Source: Eledone cirrhosa
Lineage: Eukaryota
Length of the DNA: 64,000 nucleotides
Assembly: GCA_964016885.1 (NCBI GenBank)
Contig: OZ024740.1
Span: 419,554,001 to 419,618,000, forward strand
Direction: 5' to 3'
The translations under genes and the position numbers were made by a program. The notes below the pieces were generated by a model, which was not told where the DNA came from, searched no databases, and was given only the letters and a program-made list of their open reading frames with translations. This document shows, one piece after another, positions 37,001 to 53,104 of the stretch; positions within the stretch are counted from its first letter, which is position 1; the number at the start of each line of letters is the position of its first letter.

Positions 37001-40000
37001 TGAGCCACATCCTATGTGGTCCACCTTATGATGAGTAACATCCTATGTAGTCTACCTTATGATGAGTAACATCCTATGTGGTCCACCTTATGATGAGTAA
37101 CATCCTATGTGGTTCACCTTATGATGAGTAATATCCTATGTGGTCCACCTTATGATGAGTAACATCCTATGTGGTGCACCTTATGATGAGTAATATCCTA
37201 TGTGGTCCACCTTATGATGAGTAATATCCTATGTGGTCCACCTTATGATGAGTAACATCCTATGTGGTCCACCTTATGATGAGTAACATCCTATGTGGTC
37301 CACCTTATGATGAGTAATATCCTATGTGGTCCACCTTATGATGAGTAACATCCTATGTGGTCCACCTTATGATGAGTAACATCCTATGTGGTCCACCTTA
37401 TGATGAGTCACATCCTATATGGCCCACCTTATGATAAGCCACATCCTATGTGGTCCACCTTATGATGAGTAACATCCTATGTAGTCCACCTTATGATGAG
37501 TAATATCCTATGTGGTCCACCTTATGATGAGCCACATCCTGTGTGGTCCACCTTATGATGAGTAACATCCTATGTGGTCCACCTTATGATGAGTAATATC
37601 CTATGTGGTCCACCTTATGATGAGTAATATCCTATGTGGTCCACCTTATGATGAGTAACATCCTATGTGGTCCACCTTATGATGAGTCACATCCTATGTG
37701 GTACACCTTATGATGAGTAACATCCTATGTGATCCACCTTATGATGAGCCACATCCTATGTGGTCCACCTTATGATGAGCCACATCCTATGTGGTCCACC
37801 TTATGATGAGTAACATCCTATGTGGTCCACCTTATGATGAGTCACATCCTATGTGGTCCACCTTATGATGAGTAACATCCTATGTGGTCCACCTTATGAT
37901 GAGTAACATCCTATGTGGTCCACCTTATGATGAGTAACATACTATGTGGTCCACCTTATGATGTGTCACATCCTATGTAGTCCACCTTATGAGTAACATC
38001 CTATGTGGCCCACCTTATGATGAGCCACATCCTATGTGGCCCACCTTATGATGTGTCATCCTATGTGGTCCACCTTATGATGAGTAACATCCTATGTGGT
38101 CCACCTTATGAGTAACATCCTATGTGGTCCACCTTATGATGAGTCACATCCTATGTGGTCCACCTTATGATGAGTAACATCCTATGTGGTCCACCTTATG
38201 ATGAGTAACATACTATGTGGTCCACCTTATGATGAACCACATCCTATGTGGTCCACCTTATGATGAGTCACATCCTATGTAGTCCAGCTTATGATGAGTC
38301 ACATCCTATGTAGTCCACCTTATGATGAGCCACATCCTATGTGGCCCACCTTATGATGAGTAACATCCTATGTGGTCCACCTTATGATGAGTAACATCCT
38401 ATGTAGTCTACCTTATGATGAGTAACATCCTATGTAGTCCACCTTATGATGAGTAACATCCTATGTGGTCCACCTTATGATGAGTAACATCCTATGTGGT
38501 CCACCTTATGATGAGTCACATCCTATGTGGTCCACCTTATGATGAGTAACATCCTATGTGGTCCACCTTATGATGAGTAACATCCTATGTGGTCCACCTT
38601 ATGATGAGTAACATCCTATGTGGTCCACCTTATGATGAGTAACATCCTATGTGGTCCACCTTATGATGAGTAACATCCTATGTGGTCCACCTTATGATGA
38701 GTAACATCCTATGTGGTCCACCTTATGATGAGTAACATCCTATGTGGTCCACCTTATGATGAGTAACATCCTATGTGGTCCACCTTATGATGAGTAACAT
38801 CCTATGTAGTCCACCTTATGATGAGTAACATCCTATGTAGTCTACCTTATGATGAGCCACATCCTATGTAGTCCACCTTATGATGAGTAACATCCTATGT
38901 GGTCCACCTTATGATGAGTAACATCCTATGTGGTCCACCTTATGATGAGTAACATCCTATGTAGTCCACCTTATGATGAGTAACATCCTATGTAGTCTAC
39001 CTTATGATGAGTAACATCATATGTGGTCCACCTTATGATGAGTAACATCCTATGTAGTCTACCTTATGATGAGTAACATCCTATGTAGTCTACCTTATGA
39101 TGAGTAACATCCTATGTGGTCCACCTTATGATGAGTCACATCCTATGTGGTCCACCTTATGATGATCCACATACTATGTGGCCCACCTTATGATGATCCA
39201 CATACTATGTGGTCCACCTTATGATGAACCACATCCTATGTGGTCCACCTTATGATGTGTCACATCCTATGTAGTCCACCTTATGATGAGTAACATCCTA
39301 TGTGGCCCACCTTATGATGAGCCACATCCTATGTGGCCCACCTTATGATGTGTCACATCCTATGTGGTCCACCTTATGATGAGTAACATCCTATGTGGTC
39401 CACCTTATGAGTAACATCCTATGTGGTCCACCTTATGATGAGTCACATCCTATGTGGTCCACCTTATGATGAGTAACATCCTATGTGGTCCACCTTATGA
39501 TGAGTAACATACTATGTGGTCCACCTTATGATGAACCACATCCTATGTGGTCCACCTTATGATGAGTCACATCCTATGTAGTCCAGCTTATGATGAGTCA
39601 CATCCCATGTAGTCCACCTTATGATGAGCCACATCCTATGTGGCCCACCTTATGATGAGTAACATCCTATGTGGTCCACCTTATGATGAGTAACATCCTA
39701 TGTAGTCTACCTTATGATGAGTAACATCCTATGTAGTCCACCTTATGATGAGTAACATCCTATGTGGTCCACCTTATGATGAGTAACATCCTATGTGGTC
39801 CACCTTATGATGAGTCACATCCTATGTGGTCCACCTTATGATGAGTAACATCCTATGTGGTCCACCTTATGATGAGTAACATCCTATGTGGTCCACCTTA
39901 TGATGAGTAACATCCTATGTGGTCCACCTTATGATGAGTAACATCCTATGTGGTCCACCTTATGATGAGTAACATCCTATGTGGTCCACCTTATGATGAG

Positions 40001-41322
40001 TAACATCCTATGTGGTCCACCTTATGATGAGTAACATCCTATGTAGTCTACCTTATGATGAGCCACATCCTATGTAGTCCACCTTATGATGAGTAACATC
40101 CTATGTGGTCCACCTTATGATGAGTAACATCCTATGTGGTCCACCTTATGATGAGTAACATCCTATGTAGTCCACCTTATGATGAGTAACATCCTATGTA
40201 GTCCACCTTATGATGCGTAACATCCTATGTGGTCCACCTTATGATGAGTAACATCCTATGTGGTCCACCTTATGATGAGTAACATCCTATGTAGTCTACC
40301 TTATGATGAGCCACATCCTATGTAGTCCACCTTATGATGAGTAACATCCTATGTGGTCCACCTTATGATGAGTAACATCCTATGTGGTCCACCTTATGAT
40401 GAGTAACATCCTATGTGGTCCACCTTATGATGAGTAACATCCTATGTGGTCCACCTTATGATGAGTAACATCCTATGTAGTCTACCTTATGATGAGTAAC
40501 ATCCTATGTAGTCTACCTTATGAAGAGTAACATCCTATGTGGTCCACCTTATGATGAGTCACATCCTATGTGGTCCACCTTATGATGATCCACATACTAT
40601 GTGGCCCACCTTATGATGATCCACATACTATGTGGTCCACCTTATGATGAACCACATCCTATGTGGTCCACCTTATGATGAGTCACATCCTATGTAGTCC
40701 AGCTTATGATGAGTCACATCCTATGTGGTCCACCTCATGATGAGTAACATCCTATGTGGTCCACCTTATGATGAGTAACATCCTATGTGGTCCACCTTAT
40801 GATGAGTAACATCCTATGTAGTCTACCTTATGATGAGTCACATCCTATGTAGTCTACCTTATGATGAGTAACATCCTATGTAGTCCACCTTATGATGAGT
40901 AACATCCTATGTGGCCCACCTTATGATGAGCCACATCCTATGTGGCCCATACTATGATGAGCCACATACTATGTGGTCCACCTTATGCTGAACCACATCC
41001 TATGTGGCCCACCTTATGATGAGTAACATCCTATGTGGTCCACCTTATGATGAGCCACATCCTATGTGGCCCATACTATGATGATCCACATCCTATGTGG
41101 TCCACCTTATGATGAGCCACATACTATGTGGTCCACCTTATGCTGAACCACATCCTATGTGGCCCACCTTATGATGAGTAACATCCTATGTGGTCCACCT
41201 TATGGTGGACCACATAGGATGTGGACCAACTTATGATGAGCCACATACTATGTGGTCGACCTTATGCTGAACCACATACTATGTGGCCCATACTATGATG
41301 AGCCACATCCTATGTGGTCCAC
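34066..41322. repeat. 31-bp minisatellite, about 234 copies (CATCCTATGTGGTCCACCTTATGATGAGTAA)
   Basis: 31-nt periodicity over 7.26 kb; higher-order duplications visible from variant units. Confidence 0.98.
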
Positions 41323-41362
41323 TGCTCGACAAAGATTGCCCATGCCTCTTCCTGAGCAAGGC

Positions 41363-41426
41363 AATAGTTGATTAAAGACAGCCTAAAGAACTTTGAGAAG
41401 TTTTAGGCTGTCTTTAATCAACTATT
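41363..41426. repeat. Perfect 25-bp inverted repeat with 14-nt loop
   Basis: AATAGTTGATTAAAGACAGCCTAAA / TTTAGGCTGTCTTTAATCAACTATT. Confidence 0.85.
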
Positions 41427-42419
41427 TGTATGAGGTTAAAATAAAAGTAGAGCAGCTTCTTGTTTAAACACTGGCTTAAACTATTGATTAAAGAAACACA
41501 ACAGAAATAACTATGGAAGAAGACAAAGTAAATATAACTACCATACACAAATATATCAAATAGCTGATAGTAAAACAAAATTTACTGGAGTTAACAAGAG
41601 GCTCTATGTGATCAGTTATCTAATTAGAAATAGCACTCTAATCTATCTCAAATTACACTTTATCATTTTGAACAAGGACATAGATCAAGACATTTGATAA
41701 TTTAGTCATAGATAAACATTGTCTGGGAGAAAAATTAGGGATAGGATGTTCATGGTGTATTTTTCATCATAAGTTTATTCAATCAAGCTGACCTGAGGCT
41801 AAATACTAAGTAATAAAAGCAATGACAAAAGGCATTAACTCAGCATAGAAGCTTAATGCTTAAGTCTTCTTCTGGGTTTATTTATGGCAAAACTACAGAG
41901 TGAAGTTTAGTAAATTTGGTATGCCATGGGGGAAAAGAAGTTACTGACATTTCAAAACTGACTTTTGTCTGAGGTGGGAAAAAAAAAAAAATGTCCCTCC
42001 CGAGATGAAGGGACATTAGTATTCTCTTCCTCTCATGACCCACAAACTTATTAAACTTACAAAATTCATTGTTTAATTTTACCCATCAAAGATCATCACT
42101 TGTCTTCTTAGACTGTCTTTTTTTTTTCAGTGTAGGTGGGGGGGCCTTCACTTCAGAGAAATTTTGGTGCAATGTCCTGTGACATTTAAAAAAAAAATTA
42201 TCGGTATTGATGAGATAATGTTTTGAATATGAAAATGTATTGTTAGTATTATGAGAGGTACTGCAGACAGTGGGAGATGTAGAATACTTAAATATTGGCT
42301 TTAATGTTAAGAAAGATGACTTTCTATTAGACAATTGATTAAATCAAATATTACATTAAATACACATCATCATCATCATCTTCATTTAACGTCCATTTTC
42401 CACACTAGCATGGGTTAGA

Positions 42420-42430
42420 CACACACACAC

Positions 42431-42492
<62 letters not shown>

Positions 42493-42703
42493 TTATGTAT
42501 GTATATATATATATATATATGTGTGTGTGTATATATGCATGTATGTATGTGTGTATATTTATATATATGTGTGTGTGTAAGTATGTATATGTATGTGTGT
42601 ATATATATGTGTATATATGTATGTGTATATTTATATGTGTGTGTAGGTATATATATATGTGTATATATGTATATATGTATGTGTATATTTATGTGTGTGT
42701 AGG

Positions 42704-42736
<33 letters not shown>

Positions 42737-42860
42737 GTGTATGTATATGCATGTGTGTGTATATATGTGTGTAGGTATGTGTGTGTGTGTGTGTATACAT
42801 ATGTATATATATATATATGTGTGTGTGTGTATATATATATGTGTGTGTGTATATATATAC

Positions 42861-42927
<67 letters not shown>

Positions 42928-42996
42928 TATATATATATGTGTGTGTGTGTGTATATATACATATGTATAATATATACATATATATATATATGTGTG

Positions 42997-43033
<37 letters not shown>

Positions 43034-43278
43034 GTGTGTGTTTATATATGTATATATATTTTGATTATGTTAAAAAAAGAAAAAAACTCTATTAGTGTTT
43101 AATGCTGATTCTCCCTATTTTGAAAAGGAATTAAAACAATCTTTAATTGATGTTACTATTCTTGTGTAGTGTTCTGATTATAGTAAAGCAATGGCTTTTA
43201 AATAATAGTTACTTGTATTTTTATTTCCTAATGTTAGGCACACACATATATTTATAAATATACACTCACATATATAAT

Positions 43279-43309
<31 letters not shown>

Positions 43310-43334
43310 ATGTGTGTGGATATATATATATATA

Positions 43335-43382
<48 letters not shown>

Positions 43383-43403
43383 CACATACATATAAATGTG
43401 TAT

Positions 43404-43434
<31 letters not shown>

Positions 43435-43500
43435 CACACATATAAATGTGTGTGTGTGTGTATGTGTGTGTATGTATGTATATATATGTATATATATATT
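42420..43500. repeat. Compound (TA)/(TG) microsatellite
   Basis: Direct inspection. Confidence 0.9.
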
Positions 43501-45001
43501 CTAATCAGTATTTTTGGTTTATCGTAATAGCATCAAACTAAACTAAAAAATATATATATATTCTAAAAGATATCTCCTTCTTCCTTAATTATCATGTAAT
43601 TCTTCCACATTTACTGAAACACTATGGTTTATTTTGGTTTGAGTATTTTCATTTATAAGCAGTTATATTCTTTCAGATTTTAGATGGAAGTTTTAGTTAC
43701 CATTAGTTTGGTGTGGGCTATTATTCAGAATAATCTCTGAAACCTCATTATAAATTACCTTTGTTCTAGTGTAGTAAACAATGTTTTTATGCTCTTGATA
43801 AAGATATTAAATTCTTGATTTTTATCTGTTCAATTATTTTTTTTAAATTGCAGGTACCATTAACTAATTCAGCTAAATATTCTTTAAGAGTATTTTCACA
43901 ATGTTTTAAAACTATTATTGTAATGATAATTGCTAATTCAGAATTATATCTAACAATTGTTTATCATAGATGTGTATTTGTATTACCATAATTTTATAAT
44001 GGATATTTAAAAAAAAAAGTTATTGTTCTTTTTCTTTAAAGAAATATAGCTTTCAGATAAATGAGTCAAGCCATGAAATTTTCCTTCTTAATCGATGAAA
44101 CATTACAGACATTATATACTAAAGTTTACTTTAATTTTTATTTATTTACTTCTAATAGAACAGTTGTAAAATAAATTTTATAAATGCATTTAATTCTTTA
44201 TTTAACAATCACTGTCTCTCACAAATTCTAGAATTATCCTATGCTACACTAGACATTTTTGGTCCCAAAGATTAAGAGCCGCTTGGTTGACCTATTCTAT
44301 AAAATGTCATAGTATAGAGGAATGTATTAATGGATAGTTTTTCTGAGAATAGCTGCTGAAGAATAAGAGGTGGATCACTTAATTTATCTGTGTAAGGGGA
44401 TCCTTCTATAAATTGTAAAGCCAATAAGAAAAGTCATTGCTTCATATGTAAAAATCAATGTAGGACCTCATTATCCATGTAAGCTGATATAATGTGTAAA
44501 ACACAGTTTGAAATGACATCTCTGGGTAGGAAATGGAGTTGTTACAGGAGAGTTGGTCATGCCAAGGAAATATACAGAAAACTCTGTCACAGTAATTGCT
44601 ACACACGTTAGCTGCCTTTCAAAGGCTGGAGAATATTTTTCTTTGTTTGCAACATATAAAAGACTAACTAGATATCTGTTAAGAAGCCAACACTACCCCT
44701 ACCTCCACTGCCATATACACACATATCCCAAAACATCAATATATCATAGGAATGGTCATCTCATGTAAATATTAAATTCCAACACCTATAATAATAAAGT
44801 CAGTTTATCTTAGTAAACCATTGTCATAGTTAAAAATCTCTCTCTTCCTTTATCTATATCTCTCACCCACACCCACACAGAGAGAGTAGTTTTCCTGTTG
44901 TAGTTTCTATAGCTTTTCCTTATGTTTTATTAAGTTATTAACCCTTTTGTTACCAAACCTAATGACATCACCCCTACTTTTATGATACAAAGTTATTTGT
45001 T

Positions 45002-45218
45002 TTAACCCTTTTGTATTTAAACCAGCCGTGTCTGGCCACAATTCTCTCACCTCTCTCTCTGTTCAAACCTGTCATAACTGGCCACTCATACTAATGTTGA
45101 AATATTGTTTTCAAAATAAATAATATCAAAATCTCATAGATTCAATATTATGTGAGATAAAGCCTTACTGTGAAAATACAATAGTAAATATAGAGTAATG
45201 TAAATGGTAAAGGGTTAA
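45002..45218. mobile_element. piggyBac-type MITE, apparently nested in a second TTAA-CCC element starting at 44938
   Basis: TTAA-CCCTTT...AAAGGG-TTAA; homologous to 16252-16480. Confidence 0.7.
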
Positions 45219-45467
45219 AGTGTTTATTATATTTATGTAAAGATTTTCCTTCATAATTTTATGTAAGAACTTTTGTTATATTCCAAACACCAGATAAATA
45301 ATGAAAACATTAATTATAGGAAGGGCATCCAGCCGTAGAAAGGGTTGGGAGGTCAGTAGTCCTGCTTCAGTACTGACTTGGTCTATGTTTACCTGTCCAA
45401 CCCTTGCTAAAAGGGAAAGTGGAGGTTAAATGATGACAATGATAATTACCATATATATATATATATA

Positions 45468-46262
45468 CATCATCATCACCGTTTTACGTCCGTTCTTCCA
45501 CGCTAGCATGGGTTAGACGGGTTGTCCTGTTGTGGGCAGTGTCTGGTCGGCTGACCATGCCTTGCTCATACAGGAACTGATCTGGCTTGATTTCTACAGC
45601 TGGATGCCCTTCCTAACACCAACCTCATTTACAGTGAGTGCTGGGTGCTTTTTCGTGGCGCCTACACGTCCACTTTACAGTGTGGGCTGGGTGCTTTTTT
45701 GCCGTGGCACCTCCACGACCACCTTGCGGTGGGGGGGGGGGGCATATTGTTTATATGCTTCAGCATGTACCCATGGGAGGTCGGGTACCCTGTATTACTG
45801 CGTGACGCCAGAAGTCACGGTCGTGTGTCATTGACTTTGAGAGGTGTAGTTGGGTAAGGTCGGCTTTTATCACCTCATCCCAAGTCATCTTGGGTCTCCC
45901 CACTCCGCGGTTTCCATCAACTTCTAGTGCTCTGCACCTTTTTATGCAGCTGTCATCCTTCATACGCATCACATGTCCATACCAGCGTAACCGCCTCTCC
46001 TGCACGCAGCATTTGATTCCTCTTATGCTCAGTCTCTCTCTCAATTCATTTATGCTTTGTCGTTCACGTATATTACTGTTACACATCCATCGGAGCATGC
46101 AGGCTTCGTTTCTCTCTAATCTACGTAAGTCTTCCACCTTCAGCGCCCAGGTCTCACTACCATGCAACATCGCTGTTCGGATACACGCATCATACAGTCT
46201 GCCTTCATTCTGAGGGAGAAGCCTTTTGCAGCTAGCAGTGGTAGTAGTTCCCTAAACTTCTT
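45468..46262 (-). mobile_element. RTE subfamily A 3' fragment
   Basis: Near-identical to 53269-54068; both ends at TA repeats. Confidence 0.92.
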
Positions 46263-46323
46263 ATATATAATTGGAAATTTAGTAAAATCGAATCTGGCAG
46301 TTTGCAAGCAAATTCGGCCTACT

Positions 46324-46358
<35 letters not shown>

Positions 46359-46362
46359 GTAT

Positions 46363-46402
<40 letters not shown>

Positions 46403-46533
46403 GTATATATATATGTATGTATATATAGGAAAAAGTATACTTTTCCCTATTACCCACTCTACTACCCTCCCTAAGTATTGAGTACTCTGGTGCGTTATGG
46501 TCCATCTGGTTCCTTACTGCAATTCCTTCGTTT

Positions 46534-48327
<1,794 letters not shown>

Positions 48328-48330
48328 TTC

Positions 48331-48654
48331 ATTCATTTCATTTCATTTTACGTCCACTTTTCCCTGCTTGCAAGGGTGGGACGGGAACTGGTTCTGGCTT
48401 GATTTCTACAGCTGGATGCCTTCCTAACACCACCTCATTTACAGTGAGTGCTGGGTGCTTTTTTGCCGTGGCACCTCCACGAATGATAGGGATCCCAGTC
48501 CCTATCATCTCATTTCTACAGCTGAGTAAAACTGGAGCAATGTGAAATAAAGTGTCTTGCTCAAGGAAACAACACATCACCCCGGTCTGAGAATTGAACT
48601 CACAACCTTTCGATTGCAAGGCCAATGCTCTAACCACTAAGCCATGTGCCTCCA
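48331..48654 (-). mobile_element. Full tRNA-head, Meta-like, RTE-tailed SINE
   Basis: TGGCTTAGTGGTTAGAGC...GAGTTCAATTCTC head; TTCCTTGAGCAAGACACTTT; tail shared with the RTE 3' UTR. Confidence 0.85.
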
Positions 48655-48656
48655 CA

Positions 48657-48759
<103 letters not shown>

Positions 48760-48845
48760 GTATATGTATATGTAATATATATATATATATGTATATGTAT
48801 GTATATATATATATATATATGTGTGTGTGTATAGGAAAATGTATG

Positions 48846-48941
48846 ACCCCAACGACAGAGCCCAAGCCGTTTCGACGGCTATTTCTGGACTAAATTTGTA
48901 TTTTTAGCCTGGTAAATAAATAGCCGAACTTTTCAAGGGGT
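48846..48941 (-). ncRNA. Hammerhead with decayed or variant core and extended stem II
   Basis: ACCCC UUGAAAA GUUCGGCUAUUU...AAAUAGCCGUC GAA ACGGC-9nt-GUCGU U GGGGU; stems intact, core differs from CUGAAGA at 2 positions. Confidence 0.6.
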
Positions 48942-49703
48942 ACTTCCTTATATGGGAAGATTGTAGTTGTCAAGAGGATTGGCCAACATTTCTTGTAACA
49001 CAATTTAGTCTATCATGGCAGTGGGTGGTAGGTGGGGTGGCTGAACTTGCCTGTAGAGCAATGAGGGAGTGGGTGGAGCTGGTCAAGAGTTGAAAGTGAT
49101 ATCTATACAGCAAATTCTAAGGATTGTGGTATGAAAGTAGGGCGAAAAAGGATTCTGGAAAAAATAGAGGAGGGACTAAAAAAAATATGAGAAAGATATA
49201 TAAAAATATAAAATTGGATAGTAAGAAGTGAATAAAAAACAAAGACTGTGGAGTCTAAAACAGCTGCTATATTTAGTTGGTGTGGTATTGTGGCCAATGC
49301 TATAGAATAGGTTAATAAGTGGAGAATAGAAGATACTAAATAAGAATTTTTGAAATTATAGAATTGGGTAGCAAAAGTAATACAAAATTTCTGGGGTCTA
49401 ACACAGCTGCTATGATTAGTTAGGATAGCGTTTTCGGCAATGCTATCTTTTATTTACTGGGGTGGGAGTACTGAAGCTACAGAGGCCCGATGGGCTGCCT
49501 CGGGGTAGACGAAAAGGGAAAAAAGAAAGAGGAAGAAGTTCGGGAGTGGAAGGAAGTGATAGGAGGAGACAAAGAGAAGAAGAAAACAGAGAGGAAAAGA
49601 AGAGTTACATCTACCTAATATATATCTGTATATCATTCATATCTATATATATATGTATACCACCAGAAAAGATATAAATACCATCATATTTACTTGGACA
49701 GCC

Positions 49704-49754
49704 AGCTTCCTGATGATTTCTCACGAATTAAACAGTTCTAGTCCTGTAGAAGCT
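49704..49754 (+). ncRNA. Hammerhead with G12>U substitution
   Basis: AGCUUC CUGAUGA U-UUC-UCAC-GAA-U UAA ACAG-UUCUAGUC-CUGU A GAAGCU. Confidence 0.65.
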
Positions 49755-49879
49755 CTTCTATATTAAAACTTTTATACTCTGCTATGTATTGAGTACCTTA
49801 CTTACTGTGGTTACTTCCGATTCAACCCAGAATAACTTATATGTATATATATATATATGTGTGTGTATATATATATATA

Positions 49880-50804
49880 TCATCATCATCATCATCATCA
49901 TCATCAACGTTTAACGTCCGTGTTCCACGCTTGCATGGGTTTGGACGGGGGTAGTCCCACTTGAGGCAAGAGTGATTGTCTTGCTCGCATAGGACTGTCT
50001 GGCAGGTTTTCTACAGTTGGATGCCCTTCCTAACACCAACCACATTTACAGTGTGGGTCTGGGAGGTTTTTACCGTGTTGCCTACACGGCCACATTACAG
50101 CGTGGACTGTGTGTTTTTTTGTCGTGACACCTACACGATCTCATTTGTTTCGGCCTGGATGGCGCGGCACCAACATAACTTTACATAGAACGGGGTGGTG
50201 TGGATGGGGTGGTGGTGGGACGGGGTGTATTTTGTTAGAGATGCCTACTGGCTGGAGTAGGTTTTACTATATATTTAGGTAAGGCGGGTCGTCTCTGTTA
50301 CTGAGTACCGCCAAAGGTCTCGGTCCAGTGACATTGTCTTGGAGAGGTGTAAGTGTGTGATGTCGGGAGTTTATCAGCTCGTCCAGGTCTTTCTAGGTCT
50401 GCCTATTCCGTGACCTACCGTCTATCTTTATTGCCCTGCACTTTGTTATCAGCTATCGACTTTCATGCGCATCACGTGTCCAACCAACGTAGCCTTCTCT
50501 TGAGTAAACAACATCTGATCCCTCTTATCTCTAAATTTTTCCTTAGTTCGTTTATGCTTTGCCGTTCACGTATATTACTGTTACACATCCAGCGGAGCAG
50601 GCAAGCTTCGTTCCTCTCTCGTCTGCGTATATCCTCTGCACACAATGCCCAGGTCTCACTGCCATGCAGCATTGCTGTTCGTATGCAGGCATCGTACAAC
50701 CTGCCTTTCATTTTTAGGGAGAACCCTTTAGCAGCTAATAGTGGTATAAGCTCTCTGAACTTTTTCAACCAGTTCTGACTCTAGCTACAGTACTTTCAGA
50801 GCAC
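49880..50804 (-). mobile_element. RTE subfamily B 3' fragment with small indels
   Basis: Homologous to 30594-31524; TA-flanked. Confidence 0.9.
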
Positions 50805-50851
<47 letters not shown>

Positions 50852-50909
50852 TGTATGTATGTATGTATGTATGTATGTATGTATGTATGTATGTATGTAT
50901 GTATGTATG

Positions 50910-50989
<80 letters not shown>

Positions 50990-50992
50990 TCA

Positions 50993-51328
50993 TGAAGGCA
51001 CATGGCTTAGTGGTTAGAGCATTGTCTTGCAATCGAAAGGGTGTGAGTTCAATTCTCAGACCGGGTGATGTGTTGTTTCCTTGAGCAAGACTCTTTATTC
51101 CACATTGCTCCAGTTTACTCTAGCTGTAGAAATGAGATGATAGGGACTTGGGTCTATATCATTCCAGTGCAAAGTGGTCGTGGAGGTGCCACGGCAAAAA
51201 AGCACCCAGCACTCACTGTAAATGAGGTTGGTGTTAGGAAGGGCATCCAGCTGTAGAAATCAAGCCAGAATCAGTTCCCGTCCACCCTTGCAAGCAGGGA
51301 AAAAGCGGACGTAAAATGAAATGATGAT
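50993..51328 (+). mobile_element. Full tRNA-head, Meta-like, RTE-tailed SINE
   Basis: Reverse-complement homologue of 48331-48654. Confidence 0.85.
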
Positions 51329-51352
51329 ATATATATATATATGAAATGTATG

Positions 51353-51385
<33 letters not shown>

Positions 51386-52068
51386 TAATATATATATATG
51401 TATGTATATATATGTATATGTATATATATGTATTGTATATATATGTATATGTATATATATGTATATATGTATATGTATATATATATATGTATATATATAT
51501 ATGTGTATATATATATATGTATATATATATATGTATATATATGTATATATGTATATATGTATATGTATATATATATATTTATGTATATATGTATATGTAT
51601 ATATATATATTTATGTATATATATATATGTATATATATGTGTATATATATATATGTGTATATGTATTGTATATATATATGTATATGTATATATATGTGTA
51701 TATGTATATATATATATGTATATATATATTTATTTTTACTTTTATTTTTACTTCACCCCCCCCCCCCCCCCTTATCCTCCGATTCACTTTCTATTTTTTA
51801 CTTCCCCTTCTTTTACTTCCCTTTTTCCTCCACTAACTGATTACACTTGTCTTTTGTGTTTTTCATACAGATATATTTTTCATTTTCATTTTTATTTTTA
51901 TTTTAATTTTATTTTTGCGCAGCCTATCTTACAATTTTATATTTGTACTTATTTATCCACAAGTTTTTTACACCCTGTATCAATATGGCTGAACGCCTAA
52001 ATGTGTGTATACTTTTTATATATGTACATGAGTGACTACGTATGTGCGCGCGCGTGCGTGTATGTAGA

Positions 52069-52119
<51 letters not shown>

Positions 52120-52882
52120 ACATGTGTTTGTGTGTGTGTGTATGTATATATTATGCGTATGTGTACGTGTCTTTATATCCGTGTTTTTGACATCTCGGTT
52201 TTATGTTTTGTTCCTTTTTTCTTCTCCCCCCCCCCTTTCCTTTTTTTACTTACTCAGTTTCATGCGTGGGCATGCAAATAAGTTTATATGCGTGAGTATA
52301 AGTATGTGTGTGTGTGTGTATGTACGTATCGAACGTATGGATGTGTAAGTGCGCGTGTGTATATAAGCATATATATTTTTACATTTCTTTTGTGAGACAC
52401 GCGTGTCTGTGTATGTATGTAACCCTTTTTGTCTTCTTTTCTTTAATTTTTTCTTTCTAAAAATATTTTTTCTTTCTAATTTATCGTTATTATATTTTTA
52501 TAAATATATCGAGACTGACCCTTTTCTTTTAATTATTACACTCCCTTACCTCCTTTCTTTCCGCACCTAAGCGTACGAGTGTCCAGGCGTTTTATGCGCG
52601 CGCCTTCATATTCATATATTTACGATGTAACTATTTCTGTCTGTAGATTACAGACATATAGATACATTTGCCCTAAATTTTAGAATTACGCACACTTTCT
52701 CACTATACGTATACATGTGTGCATATACATATATGCACATCTGTGAGCGTATATACATACATATACACACACCTAACTATATTTCTTGATAGATTTTTAT
52801 ATATTTCAATTTCTATTTCATTTATCTATATCTCTTTTTGATTTTCTTGATGAGTTTTTCTAAGTATTTACCCATGTTTTAT

Positions 52883-52960
52883 ATTGCCTCGTCTGACGAA
52901 TGAATGAAGACGTTTCTTTCGTATTCGCCTCATTCGGGAAACCTCTGGTAATGAGGTAAT
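52883..52960 (+). ncRNA. Type I hammerhead, canonical core, 10-bp stem I
   Basis: AUUGCCUCGU CUGACGA AU-GAAUGA...UCAUUC-GG GAA ACC-UCU-GGU A AUGAGGUAAU. Confidence 0.8.
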
Positions 52961-53072
52961 TATATTGTATTGATTTTTATACATTAAATTTTGCTCTGAT
53001 ACTTACATAGAGCACTCTTCATTTCTATGACCTTTTCTGTTTCCAACGGAAATTTCAATACTTATATATATG

Positions 53073-53104
<32 letters not shown>

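Noticed and set aside
34066-41322. 31-bp array as CRISPR, tandem hammerheads or box C/D snoRNA cluster (ATGATGA in each unit)
   Set aside because: No spacers; lacks the CUGA start, stem II and GAAA of an HHR; no box D partner.
50993-51065. tRNA gene-like sequences (also 536, 2298, 7735, 16811, 48590)
   Set aside because: Pol III A/B boxes run directly into SINE bodies; no complete cloverleaf, so these are SINE heads.
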